Source of the DNA: Coprobacillaceae bacterium
GTDB lineage: Bacteria; Bacillota_I; Bacilli_A; Erysipelotrichales; Coprobacillaceae
DNA length: 32,000 nt
Assembly (NCBI GenBank): GCA_963675515.1
Contig: OY776328.1
Coordinates: 2,730,001-2,762,000, forward strand
Reading direction: 5' to 3'
Position 1 is the stretch's first letter. Every line of letters begins with the position of its first letter. A program made the translations under genes and the position numbers. The notes under the pieces are model-generated. The model saw only the letters and a list, made by a program, of their open reading frames with translations, was not told where the DNA came from and did not search any database. Positions 1 to 9,131 of this stretch are shown here, piece by piece.

Positions 1-402
1 TCGGTCCGAATTCGCCATCTGCTACAAGAGGATACTTGTAGTAGGTAAGCATCTGTTGAAGCTGCTTGACTGCCGTACCAACCGAACCGTACTTGAGTGT
101 CGGCCAGGTGTCGATTGTCGCATTGGATACCGGTGCGGTTGTTGTCGTTGGCGGTGTGGTCGTAGTTGTTCCGGTCTTTAGTTTGGATCTGGTTATCGGT
201 CCGACTATGCCATCGGCAGCGATGCCCCGGCTTGTCTGGAAGGCTTTTACTGCCGCCAGGGTCTTCGGTCCGAATTCCCCATCGGCTACAAGAGGATACT
301 TGTAGTAAGTCAGCATTTGTTGCAGCTGCTTGACTGCCGTACCAACCGAACCGTATTTAAGTGTCGGCCAGGTGTCGATTGTCGCATCTGATACCGGTGC
401 GC
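1..402 (-). repeat. Intragenic tandem duplication, period 264 bp (88 codons), encoding the PG_binding_1 repeat
   Basis: Positions 1-137 align with 265-401 with about 10 mismatches by hand alignment. The period is a multiple of 3, and both copies are in frame in the deacetylase gene. Confidence 0.85.
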
Positions 403-1120
403 TTGTTGAAGTCGAATAGGTATGGTTGACAAGTTCGGGAATGGTGACAAACTGATAGCCTCTCGATCTCAATGTGGTGATGATTGTCGGCAGGGCATAT
501 TTGGTGTTGACCGCCCCATCGCCGGTGTGCATCAGGACTATTGCCCCCGGAGACGCATTGTCAAGGACCTTGCTGGTGATCGCGGCGGTGGAAACCCCAC
601 TCCAGTCGATCGTATCGATGGTCCAGTAGATTGTCTTGGTGTATCCCGCATCACCAACCGCCTGCAATACTGTGGAGTTGTAAGCCCCATATGGCGGACG
701 GAAGTACGGAATGGTCGATTTGCCGGTAAGATTCTTGATTATTGTTTCGGTTTTCTGAAGCTCGCTTACCATTTCACTAGCTGATATCTGGGTGAAATAG
801 GGATGAGAATAGGAATGGTTGCCAAGGGGATGTCCGGCATCGGCCATCTTTTTGACTGTTGCAGGATGGTGCTCAGCTCCCTGGCCGGTGACAAAGAAGG
901 TTGCCTTGACATTGTAGCTTGCCAGGATTGCCAGAATCGCTTCACCGTTCCCGCCATCGGACCCGTCATCGAATGTCAGGGCGATGACCTTGTCGGTTGT
1001 TGTGACTTTGGTAATGAGCTGGCTCGCTGTAGCTGATACCTGGCCAAATGCCAGGGAGATAATCATGAAGCTGATGATCAATGACGATAATATTACCTTC
1101 ACTCTGCGTGCTTTTTTCAT
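1..1120 (-). CDS. Secreted polysaccharide deacetylase (NodB/CE4 domain) with C-terminal tandem PG_binding_1 peptidoglycan-binding repeats. The 3' end runs off the left edge of the window.
   Basis: Absent from the ORF track because there is no stop inside the window. Hand translation of the minus strand from ATG (1120-1118), preceded by SD AGAGGTG, gives MKKARRVKVILSSLIISFMIISLAFGQVSA (signal peptide). NodB motifs follow: ALTFDDGSDGG, HPLGNHSYSHP, FRPPYGAYN, LMHTGDG. Then come two copies of ATIDTWPTLKYGSVGTAVKQLQQMLTYYKYPLVADGEFGPKTLAAVKAFQ, separated by a Thr/Pro linker. The frame stays open to position 1. Confidence 0.85.
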   Translation of the reverse strand, partial: MKKARRVKVILSSLIISFMIISLAFGQVSATASQLITKVTTTDKVIALTFDDGSDGGNGEAILAILASYNVKATFFVTGQGAEHHPATVKKMADAGHPLGNHSYSHPYFTQISASEMVSELQKTETIIKNLTGKSTIPYFRPPYGAYNSTVLQAVGDAGYTKTIYWTIDTIDWSGVSTAAITSKVLDNASPGAIVLMHTGDGAVNTKYALPTIITTLRSRGYQFVTIPELVNHTYSTSTSAPVSDATIDTWPTLKYGSVGTAVKQLQQMLTYYKYPLVADGEFGPKTLAAVKAFQTSRGIAADGIVGPITRSKLKTGTTTTTPPTTTTAPVSNATIDTWPTLKYGSVGTAVKQLQQMLTYYKYPLVADGEFGP

Positions 1121-1368
1121 TTGGAATCACCTCTTTAAGGTAACATGATCAATTATTATAACGTCTAAATTTGCCAAAATTGCCGTACCAGCATCTCCCG
1201 ACCTCCTGCGGGGTTAAATATTTACCTGAAAGCTTCCTGCTCCTGATTTATGGCTCACACATCTCTTTTGATCACCAAAAACAATACCATTCTATCTACT
1301 TTAATTATACTACGATTTAGCCATATTTAAACAAAATTAAGCGCTATTTCCGGCTTTTTTATGGATAG

Positions 1369-1435
1369 AAAAAGGAATTCCAAAAATCGGAACTCCTTAA
1401 AAAAATATCCGAAACCAGTGTTTCAATCCGGTTTC
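1369..1435 (-). terminator. Probable rho-independent terminator region (two hairpins) downstream of the MFS gene
   Basis: On the minus strand, GAAACC(1416-1411)/GGTTTC(1435-1430) is followed by ATTTTTTT. A second stem, AAGGAGTTCC/GGAATTCCTT (1398-1372, one mismatch), is followed by TTTTT. Confidence 0.5.
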
Positions 1436-1454
1436 TTGGCAACGAAAAACTCTT

Positions 1455-2630
1455 TCAGGTCTCATTGGAAGCCTTATTGAAGACGATCAGCTTCTGGTCG
1501 AACAGCTGGATGACAACAACAGTGACACTTGCCAACAATGCAATCACCGCGAGATACCTGATCCCCACCAAAGGGATAAGGGCCGCCGAGAGCGATGAGC
1601 CGATGGCCCCACCCAGCTGAATGGCGGTGGAATTGATGCTCAACATGAAACTTGAGCGGTTTTTTGTCAGCTGGGCTATCCCCGAATTGAGCTGCAATCC
1701 CGCAAACCAGGCACTCAAAAGCCAGAAAATTAGAATCACAACGCTTGGCAACGCCAAATTCTGGAATACCAGCAACAAGACCATCGCGACAGCCTGCAGA
1801 CTCATCCCGATAAGCAAAGTCTTGCCATATCCGATCCGGTCTCCGACCTGACCGCCCAAAAGATTACCCGTGAAGCTGGCCAGTCCCAAAAATACCAGAA
1901 TGATGCTCATCGTATTTTCAAGGGAGGGGAAAAGCAGCAGCAGGTATGGCGTCACATACGTATAGAAGGCCCCATAGCCAATGAACATCATCAAAGATGA
2001 AAGAATAATCATCATGATGTTGCGGTTCTTGAAATACTGGATTTCATTGGCCAGGTTGAGCCTGGTGGCTCCGTGGTCGCTTTGAGGAAGGTTCCTTTGA
2101 AAGTGGACCAAGGAAAGGACCATGATGATATTAAGGATCCAGAAGATCACCCTCCAGTCGAACATCGCGGTCAATATTCGGGTAAGAGGGATCCCGATCA
2201 CAAGGGCCAGGGAACTACCCATGATGTAGTAAGCTAGTGCCCTTCCCTGTCTTTCAGGGGTCGCCAGGGCCAGCACCGTCGCTATTGCCATAACCCCATA
2301 GCTGTTGGCTGAAATTCCCATAATCAGCCGGATAACAAGCAGCTGGGCGAAGGTTTGCGCGACCACCAGGGCCAAGGACATGATGATTGTGACAAGAAGC
2401 ATGAGCTTGAGGATTTTGGTCCGCTCGATTTTCCGGAACACGATAAGACTCAGGGGAACCCCGAATGCCGCCCCGTAAGAATACATCGTGATAAGCAAGC
2501 CGGTATTGGCGACACTCATGTCAAGAGACAATGCCACCTTGTCCAATATCCCATTGAAAACGAATGCCGTCATCGCCAGGACAAAACTCATAAGTGTGAA
2601 AACGACTAAAGTAATGTTTGTTTTTCGCAT
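1455..2630 (-). CDS. MFS transporter (12-TM, MFS_1 type)
   Basis: 391 aa and hydrophobic throughout with about 12 predicted TM segments. The loop 2-3 region FRKIERTKILKL is typical of the MFS. SD GGGGGA lies upstream of the ATG. TGA stop. Confidence 0.85.
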   Translation of the reverse strand: MRKTNITLVVFTLMSFVLAMTAFVFNGILDKVALSLDMSVANTGLLITMYSYGAAFGVPLSLIVFRKIERTKILKLMLLVTIIMSLALVVAQTFAQLLVIRLIMGISANSYGVMAIATVLALATPERQGRALAYYIMGSSLALVIGIPLTRILTAMFDWRVIFWILNIIMVLSLVHFQRNLPQSDHGATRLNLANEIQYFKNRNIMMIILSSLMMFIGYGAFYTYVTPYLLLLFPSLENTMSIILVFLGLASFTGNLLGGQVGDRIGYGKTLLIGMSLQAVAMVLLLVFQNLALPSVVILIFWLLSAWFAGLQLNSGIAQLTKNRSSFMLSINSTAIQLGGAIGSSLSAALIPLVGIRYLAVIALLASVTVVVIQLFDQKLIVFNKASNET

Positions 2631-2754
2631 ATCTATCCCCCGTAAATCTGATGAATGATTGATTTAAAATTATTGTAGAAATCAAATATAAACCTTAAAG
2701 CCGACTTCAGGTCAACCGCCATCCCTCATTTTCTACAATTGAAAAAGAAGCGGA

Positions 2755-3531
2755 TCAGACCAGCTTCTTCATTATGTTGACAAAACGCGCCTTTGATATG
2801 GGGTGATGGGATATGATTTTCCCATCATATATGGCACAGAAGGTGCCAAAAGGACACGGTGATTTCCTGACCTTTTCAATGTCGTCAAGGTCGACAACCC
2901 TGACGGGCAAACCGAACTCGTCCTTTGCCGCCTGGACTATTTCATCAACGTTTTTGCAGGTGTAGGGGCACTGGGCGCTGCGCAAGATAGTCAGCCCTTT
3001 ACGGTATTCCTGCAAGGATTCATCCATCTTGTCATTGAAACTGGGATCCAGGCTTTTGTCATCGAACTTTTTCACCCAAAGTTCAAAATCCGGTTTACGG
3101 CTTTCGACCAGGGAGAAGCCCGACTTTACGAAGATCTCGTTGCCAACCATGAAAGGACCGTCCCTGACTACTACAGCCACTCCGGCCAGATTGGCCGACC
3201 GGGCATCTTTTTCACATTCACCAATCAGCGCGGTTGCCATTCCCAGTCCTTTGTATTGCTTCTTGAAACCCACAAAAAGACAGTGGATGAACATGTAGCC
3301 ATCGGCATCGACGGGCCGGTGGGCGTACTTTCCTGGAATATATTCGATCATTCCCTGGTTGGATCCCTGGCCGGTGATCACGATCTTGATTCTAAGCCCC
3401 AGGGGATAGTATTTCTTGAACCAGTCGATCTTGTTTTGCAGCCCGGGATGCTTCCTTGCATCCTTGTACCCGCACACCCCATAATCCCTGATATTCCCAG
3501 GGGTCAGGTCGGCAATCCGAAAGTCTTCCAT
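2755..3531 (-). CDS. GNAT family N-acetyltransferase with YoaP-like C-terminal domain
   Basis: 258 aa. The acetyl-CoA-binding-like segment KKQYKGLGMATALI sits in the N-terminal half. The C-terminal Cys-containing module (CPYTCKNVDEI ... SPCPFGTFCAIYDGKIISHHPIS) resembles the YoaP-like domain. Confidence 0.7.
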   Translation of the reverse strand: MEDFRIADLTPGNIRDYGVCGYKDARKHPGLQNKIDWFKKYYPLGLRIKIVITGQGSNQGMIEYIPGKYAHRPVDADGYMFIHCLFVGFKKQYKGLGMATALIGECEKDARSANLAGVAVVVRDGPFMVGNEIFVKSGFSLVESRKPDFELWVKKFDDKSLDPSFNDKMDESLQEYRKGLTILRSAQCPYTCKNVDEIVQAAKDEFGLPVRVVDLDDIEKVRKSPCPFGTFCAIYDGKIISHHPISKARFVNIMKKLV

Positions 3532-3590
3532 CGCATATTTCCTTTCTTGATTAAACTGGTTTTCATCTCAGAAAACCCGAACGCACCTTC

Positions 3591-4259
3591 CTACATGCTA
3601 AGAGTTATCAGCCCTTCGACCAGGTCAGCCACCCGTTTGAAGCAGTCGCCCGAATATTCCAGACGCTGGTAAATCTCCTTCTTCTTGACAATTGTGAGAA
3701 GGTCCCGCTCGTTGTTGAACAGGTCCTTCATGGCTTTCGAATAGATTGCATCCCCTTGTTCCTCTAGATCGCCGATCGCCTTTATAAGTTCGTTGATTTT
3801 TTCCCGTCTGACATTTTTGTATCGCTTGAACATGACCATCAGCTCATTGGTCGACTCGCACAGTTCCTTGTTTATTTCAAGCAGCTTGGTCATATGGGTG
3901 TCGCAAGCGTCCAGGTCCATGATGAAAAAATGATTGGCCACCGATTCGATCGAGTGCAGGCCGATGTCGATTGATTTCAATATTTCGATTATGTCGCGCT
4001 GGTCGATGGGCGTGATGAAGGCCTCTTCAACTAGCTTGAGCGAATCCTTGACGTGACTAGTTCCTTTTTGCTTGAGCTCCTTGATCCGTTTGAGTTCCTT
4101 TTTGGACAGGCCGCCGTTGTCCATGTTATCCTGCAAAATGTGGATGGCCGCCTGCGATATGGCCACCCCTTTTATGAATATCTCGAAATAATCGATCTTC
4201 TCACTCACAAATATCTTTGTGATCCGGGCAATCAAGCTTGCCCCATTTTTTCTTTTCAT
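3591..4259 (-). CDS. DUF47 / PhoU-like phosphate transport regulator (YkaA-type partner of Pit)
   Basis: I placed the start at ATG 4259 (MKRKNGASLIARITKIF...), preceded by AAGGAGA. The longer track ORF (to 4385) overlaps the Pit gene. The protein is helical and rich in charged residues, and it sits directly downstream of pit, as in Bacillus ykaA/ykaB-type pairs. Confidence 0.8.
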   Translation of the reverse strand: MKRKNGASLIARITKIFVSEKIDYFEIFIKGVAISQAAIHILQDNMDNGGLSKKELKRIKELKQKGTSHVKDSLKLVEEAFITPIDQRDIIEILKSIDIGLHSIESVANHFFIMDLDACDTHMTKLLEINKELCESTNELMVMFKRYKNVRREKINELIKAIGDLEEQGDAIYSKAMKDLFNNERDLLTIVKKKEIYQRLEYSGDCFKRVADLVEGLITLSM

Positions 4260-4273
4260 ATCCCTTGTCTCCT

Positions 4274-5287
4274 TTACATCATGCCGTAGATGATGTGCAA
4301 CCCAACTCCAAACAGATAACCCATCAGGGTGCAGATGGGAAATGTGATCAGCCAGGCCAGGGCTATTTCCTTGGCCACGTTCCAATTGACTTTGTTTAGC
4401 CCATTGGCGGCTCCCGCTCCAAGCATCGATGCACCCTTGATATGGGTGATGCTTAAAGGAATACCGGCAAGGGTCGAGATTATCATGCTCGAGGAAGCGA
4501 CTATCTCCGCTACGAACCCCTGATATTTTTCCAGATGGACCATCTTCATCCCGAGTCGCTTGATGACCCGATAACCCCCGGCAGATATGCCCGCACTCAT
4601 TATAAGGGCGATCAGGGGCAAAACCCAGACAGGGAACTCCAGGCCCGCAGACAGGGACTCAGGATAGAAGCCGGAGACCACCAAGGCAAAATAGATGATG
4701 CCTAAAAACTTCTGGCCGTCCTGGGCCCCGTTGGCCAGGGTTATCAGACAAACGCTGACTATCTGACCAATCGAAAAAAACCGGTTGGCGGGATGACGGC
4801 GCATGTTGCGACAGGATAGTTTGATCAATTTGGTCGCCAAAAAGCTAAGCCCATAGCCGACCAGAGTCGATATCCCCATGCCAAGCAACACCTTGGCTAT
4901 CGATGAAATATTTATGGCGCCAAGACCACCATAGGCGATTCCCGCTCCCATCAAAGCCGAAACCATGGCATGGGTGGAACTGGTTGGGATCCCATAGCGC
5001 CACGCAAGCAAGGCCCAGACAATCATTGCCAGTTCGACACCGGCCAAAGACACCAGTGCTTCTTCCCCGCTTCCAATCGACGCGATGTTGGCCATGGTTG
5101 CCGCCACCGCCGAACCGAGCACAAATATTCCAAGCAGATTGAAAACCATGCCGAAGAATATCGCCGCCTTGGGACTGAGCACCCGGGTCGAGATGACAGC
5201 CGCAAGGGCATTGGGCGCATCCGTAAGGCCATTGAGAAAGATTGATATTCCAATCAGGACAATCACGCTAATAAGCAATAAAGACAT
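4274..5287 (-). CDS. pit: Inorganic phosphate transporter, PiT (PHO4) family
   Basis: 337 aa. The N-terminal signature FLNGLTDAPNALAAVISTRVL (the GxxDxxNA motif) recurs in the C-terminal half (ANGAQDGQKFLGII). The protein is polytopic. Confidence 0.9.
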   Translation of the reverse strand: MSLLLISVIVLIGISIFLNGLTDAPNALAAVISTRVLSPKAAIFFGMVFNLLGIFVLGSAVAATMANIASIGSGEEALVSLAGVELAMIVWALLAWRYGIPTSSTHAMVSALMGAGIAYGGLGAINISSIAKVLLGMGISTLVGYGLSFLATKLIKLSCRNMRRHPANRFFSIGQIVSVCLITLANGAQDGQKFLGIIYFALVVSGFYPESLSAGLEFPVWVLPLIALIMSAGISAGGYRVIKRLGMKMVHLEKYQGFVAEIVASSSMIISTLAGIPLSITHIKGASMLGAGAANGLNKVNWNVAKEIALAWLITFPICTLMGYLFGVGLHIIYGMM

Positions 5288-5684
5288 TTCGAATTCACTT
5301 CCTTAACCGGTGCGACGTGCTGGATAATTCCTGGAAAAGTCGCGATGCGAAACTTCCAATAATCCAGACTTCATATTATTATCGATAAGCCCGAAATATT
5401 CAGGGACTGTATCATTTAGCCAGTACAGTTGAAACTTGGAGTTTGGCCTCATCTAAAATAGCTGAACTTTTATGTTCACTATTGTTCAGGGCTGTTTTCA
5501 CTTCCATTATAACCCCAAATTAATCATTCAACAAGCTTGGGAGAAAACCGATCACATTCCTCTGGACCAAAAGTCCATCATCCCTAAGCTTTTTTAAATC
5601 TACATCCGACATTTTTTCCAAAACCCCTTACATTTTTCACTGCAAGATTCAACTGTGATATAACTTTGACAGGAGGAAATAGAA

Positions 5685-6977
5685 ATGGAAAAACTATCAC
5701 AGATTTTGGGAGCACTGGGTACCTGGTGTGGCCAAAATAAATATCTTTCGGCCATTAAAAACTCGTTCCAGAATTTCATACCCTTAACTATCGCCGGGGC
5801 CCTTGGAGTTTTATGGGGGCATGTTTTGGTCAACGCCCAGACCGGTCTGGGGAGCATTTTTGCCCCAATCATGGCTTTGGAATTTTTGAATCCGGCTTTT
5901 AGCGCAATCCAGTTTGCGACCATAAGCTGCATCACCATCGGAATCACTTTCGGGGTCGCCCAGGAAATCGGGGAATCCAACGGCCACAAGGGTTACTTTA
6001 CCGGACTGGTCGGTCTGACTTGCTGGCTGGCGGTCACCCAGAGCACTTTCACAACAGAGGGTGTGTCATTCTCGGGACTTAGCACCGGATCGCTGGGGGC
6101 TACCGGGCTGTTTACCGGGATGATCGTAGGAATTGTTTCTATCGAGATCTTCTCTAAGCTTTCTTCAGTCAAACAGTTGAAAATCAAGATGCCCGACACA
6201 GTGCCACCAGGCGTTGCCAAATCATTCGAGGTGCTGATTCCGGCATTCATCACCCTGACTATCATCTCATTGATCGGACTTGCATGCTTCAAAATCACAG
6301 GCGGTCTTTACCTCAATGACGTCATCAAATCAAGCATCCAGGGACCACTTTCAGGAATCGGAGCGACCTTGCCAGGGCTTATCGTCATCTACCTGCTTGT
6401 CCAGGCATTCTGGCTTGTCGGGATCCATGGCAACAACATGCTTTCGGCAGTCACCGAATCGCTGTTCACCCCTTTGATTCTTGCGAACATGGAATCGTTC
6501 GCGAACCATCAGCCGGTTGAGCATATATTCAACACGACTTTCATCCAGATGTTCGTAACCTTCGGGGGATCGGGGATCGTACTGGCCTTGACCATCGCAA
6601 TCTTCCTGATTGGAAAACGCGAAGACAACAAGGCGGTAGCCAAACTGTCGATTGTTCCAAACATGTTCAACATCAACGAGACCGTAGTCTTCGGGATCCC
6701 ATTGGTATTGAATCCGATCCTGGGAATTCCATTCATCTTCGGTCCGACTGTAAGCATCGTTGTTGGATAAGTGTTGACTGCCATCGGTTTCTGCCCGAAA
6801 ACAGTCCTGCAGGTGCCTTGGACAACTCCACCGGTGATCTTCGGATTCCTGGCGACCGGAGCCGATATCCGCGGTGCCATCTCACAATTGATCGCACTGT
6901 TCGCTGTAGTGCTGTGCTACATGCCGTTCCTTGTCATCTACGAAAGATATCAAAACAAGCAAGAAACACAGGCTTGA
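5685..6977 (+). pseudogene. PTS EIIC, lactose/cellobiose (CelB/LicC) family, interrupted by an in-frame TAA at 6768-6770
   Basis: Track ORFs 5685-6770 and 6771-6977 are in the same frame (both start positions are divisible by 3). The junction reads GPTVSIVVG*VLTAIGFCPKTVLQVPWTTPPVIFGFLATGADIRGAI, which is the conserved C-terminal EIIC segment. AGGAGG lies 8 nt before the ATG at 5685. Confidence 0.8.
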
Positions 6978-6987
6978 TTTATGCCGG

Positions 6988-7018
6988 AAAAATGAGTTCT
7001 TTTTGGAACTCTTTTCTT
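6988..7018 (+). terminator. Rho-independent terminator after the EIIC gene
   Basis: Stem GAGTTC(6994-6999)/GAACTC(7006-7011) with loop TTTTTG, followed by TTTTCTTGCGTTT. Confidence 0.6.
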
Positions 7019-7069
7019 GCGTTTCAAAGACGTTCCATTGTATCATCAACATGTAGCCAGGAGGTCACC

Positions 7070-7930
7070 ATGATAATTGAAAAAATGAAAATAACCAGCA
7101 ACTTCACAAATTCCGAAAACGAAATAATCGCCTATATCCTTGACCACCGCGACTCATTCAACGACATGACCATCCGGGAACTGTCCCAGAAATCATTCTC
7201 TTCCAACGCCACAATCATCAGACTGTGCCAGAAGCTAGGATTCGATGGATTCAGGGGTTTCAAGATTGCAATCATCAAGGAATTCGAATCCCAGAAATAC
7301 ATGAGCCATGATGTCGACTTCAATTCTCCGTTCATACCCAATGAATCTACCATAAACATCATCGACAATCTTTCCTCGCTATACAAAAACGGTCTTAACC
7401 TGATAAATTCCGCCCTTGACCCCAGGGACCTGGAGACGATTGCCGGCTATTTCACATCGAAAAAAAGGGTGTTCATCTTCTCGACCGGAGTTTCGCGTAT
7501 CACAACGACCAGTTTCATCAACCGGCTTGTAAAAATAAACTACTACCCGATTTCCACATCCGACTATGATGAGGAAATCGCCATGTGCAACAACATGACC
7601 CAGGATGATGTCGCCCTGTTCATCACCTACACCGGCCATAGCTACATTTACGCCCGGGTCCTGAAACTCCTCCTGGCAAAAAAATGCGAGATCGCAATCA
7701 TCACCGCAAATCCGGAAAGCCCGCTGGCAAAGTACAGCGACACCAGGATCATTATTCCCGATGTCGAAGATTGCCATAATATCGGGACATTCTATTCCCA
7801 GTTCGCCTTCCAGTATATCTTCTCGATCATCTACAGCATCATCTACAACCACGACTATCAGGAAAATCTTGATCACAAGACATTTGCCGACAGCCAGAGG
7901 GTTTATCCGCCAAAAAACACATCCCAATAA
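7070..7930 (+). CDS. MurR/RpiR family transcriptional regulator (HTH_6 + SIS domain)
   Basis: Start ATG 7070 follows CAGGAGG. The longer track ORF from 6818 overlaps the EIIC tail. The N-terminal HTH reads TIRELSQKSFSSNATIIRLCQKLGFDGFRGFK. The C-terminal region is SIS-like (RVFIFSTGVSRITT ... VALFITYTGHS). Confidence 0.85.
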   Translation: MIIEKMKITSNFTNSENEIIAYILDHRDSFNDMTIRELSQKSFSSNATIIRLCQKLGFDGFRGFKIAIIKEFESQKYMSHDVDFNSPFIPNESTINIIDNLSSLYKNGLNLINSALDPRDLETIAGYFTSKKRVFIFSTGVSRITTTSFINRLVKINYYPISTSDYDEEIAMCNNMTQDDVALFITYTGHSYIYARVLKLLLAKKCEIAIITANPESPLAKYSDTRIIIPDVEDCHNIGTFYSQFAFQYIFSIIYSIIYNHDYQENLDHKTFADSQRVYPPKNTSQ

Positions 7931-7951
7931 CTTTTCATCATAAGAAACGCC

Positions 7952-7977
7952 AAAAACCCGACCAAAGTCGGGCTTTC
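7952..7977. terminator. Bidirectional terminator between the convergent RpiR and MBL-hydrolase genes
   Basis: AAAAA-CCCGAC(7957-7962)-CAAA-GTCGGG(7967-7972)-CTTTCATTTT. An A-run lies on one side and a T-rich run on the other. Confidence 0.65.
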
Positions 7978-8010
7978 ATTTTCATTACAGATTTGTTTTT
8001 CCAATCAGGT

Positions 8011-8811
8011 CTATTCGTAGCAATCAGGTGCTGTTGCCAGAGTCTTGAAATCTTCCTCGTCATGGGCGTAGATGACTGTGGCATCATACTTTTCTTGCAA
8101 CTGGCGCACTTTTTCAATCGAGTCAAAGAATGACAGAGAATCGTACAACAGACCGGAAGCCTTAGCCGGTGGCCCGTATATTTCCTGAGTGTAGACGCAA
8201 TCCTGAGGCAGGATGTAAGTCCCCCCTTCAAGGTGGACAACCATTCCCAGCAGACCTGGGGTGTGGCCCGGCAGATTGACAATTTCAACACCAGGAACCA
8301 ATTCGAAATCACCTTCTACCAGGTGGTATTGTTTGACTGACACATCAAGATCGGCCTTGATATAGCCCCCATGGGTAGCCGGATCGCTGTTGAGTCGAAC
8401 CTGCATTTGCGCCTGGGCGAAGTCCGCCTTTGGCACATAGACATCAGCATGAGGGAAAAGGTTAAGATTTCCAGCATGATCAAGGTGCATATGTGAAAGG
8501 ACGACCGTCTTGACATCCTCAACCTTGACCCCGCATTTGGCCAGTTGGGCCTCCAGGCGTTGGTCTGCGCGTTGATAAAGCGGGTAGATTTCCCGAAGGT
8601 GTTCTGGCCAATAGCCGTTCATGGCTTCAGGATTGCTTCCCGTGTCGTAAAGGATGTAGCCGCTGTCGGTTTCGATAAGGAATGCCAATACCGGCAATTT
8701 AATCCATTCATTGGTTACCTGAGGCTGGCTGTAAGTGCCGATGGTCGCGCAGGCAACCACATTGTTCTTGTCGGTTTCCAGATAACCGGTGTCAAGGACG
8801 TAAAGTTTCAT
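8011..8811 (-). CDS. MBL-fold metallo-hydrolase, N-acyl-homoserine-lactonase-like
   Basis: 266 aa with the HxHxDH motif in VLSHMHLDHAGN. Downstream metal ligands are NLPGHTPG and IYAHD. The size and motif spacing resemble the AiiA-type lactonase family. Confidence 0.7.
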   Translation of the reverse strand: MKLYVLDTGYLETDKNNVVACATIGTYSQPQVTNEWIKLPVLAFLIETDSGYILYDTGSNPEAMNGYWPEHLREIYPLYQRADQRLEAQLAKCGVKVEDVKTVVLSHMHLDHAGNLNLFPHADVYVPKADFAQAQMQVRLNSDPATHGGYIKADLDVSVKQYHLVEGDFELVPGVEIVNLPGHTPGLLGMVVHLEGGTYILPQDCVYTQEIYGPPAKASGLLYDSLSFFDSIEKVRQLQEKYDATVIYAHDEEDFKTLATAPDCYE

Positions 8812-9131
8812 AGTTTTCTCCTAGCCAATTCTTTGAATTGCTTCATCAATGTAAGATGAAATTATTATAGTGATAAATTATACTCAAAGTCAATCAGCTT
8901 TTGAATTTTTGAAAACTGGCACGAACAACCCGTTCATTTTTATGCCCCCAGCCCAAACAACCTACTTAAAAGCCTGAATATTAACCATTTTAATGTTTTG
9001 GTCGACCAGGAATCTGCCTGTCAAAGAAAGATGCGGTTGAGTGTGCAACCCAGTCCATTACACAACACGCAACATCTCGAAAAACACCGACCATAACAAC
9101 GTTTTTCGCAAATCAGTGGAAAAGAGATCAA

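Noticed and set aside
66-1036. Track ORFs 66-305(+), 422-784(+), 803-1036(+) and 766-969(-) at the left edge
   Set aside because: All lie inside or antisense to the long edge-truncated minus-strand deacetylase gene. That gene's translation has clear NodB and PG_binding_1 motifs, so these ORFs are off-frame or antisense shadows.
4260-4385. N-terminal extension of the DUF47 ORF (track start 4385), and similarly the 6818-7069 extension of the RpiR ORF
   Set aside because: The extensions overlap the upstream genes (the Pit C-terminus and the EIIC tail) and lack SDs. Internal ATGs at 4259 and 7070 have strong SDs and give normal-length proteins.
7379-7927. A 182-aa minus-strand ORF antisense to the RpiR gene
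   Set aside because: It has no SD and a low-complexity V/D/G-rich product. The plus-strand RpiR translation has HTH and SIS motifs.
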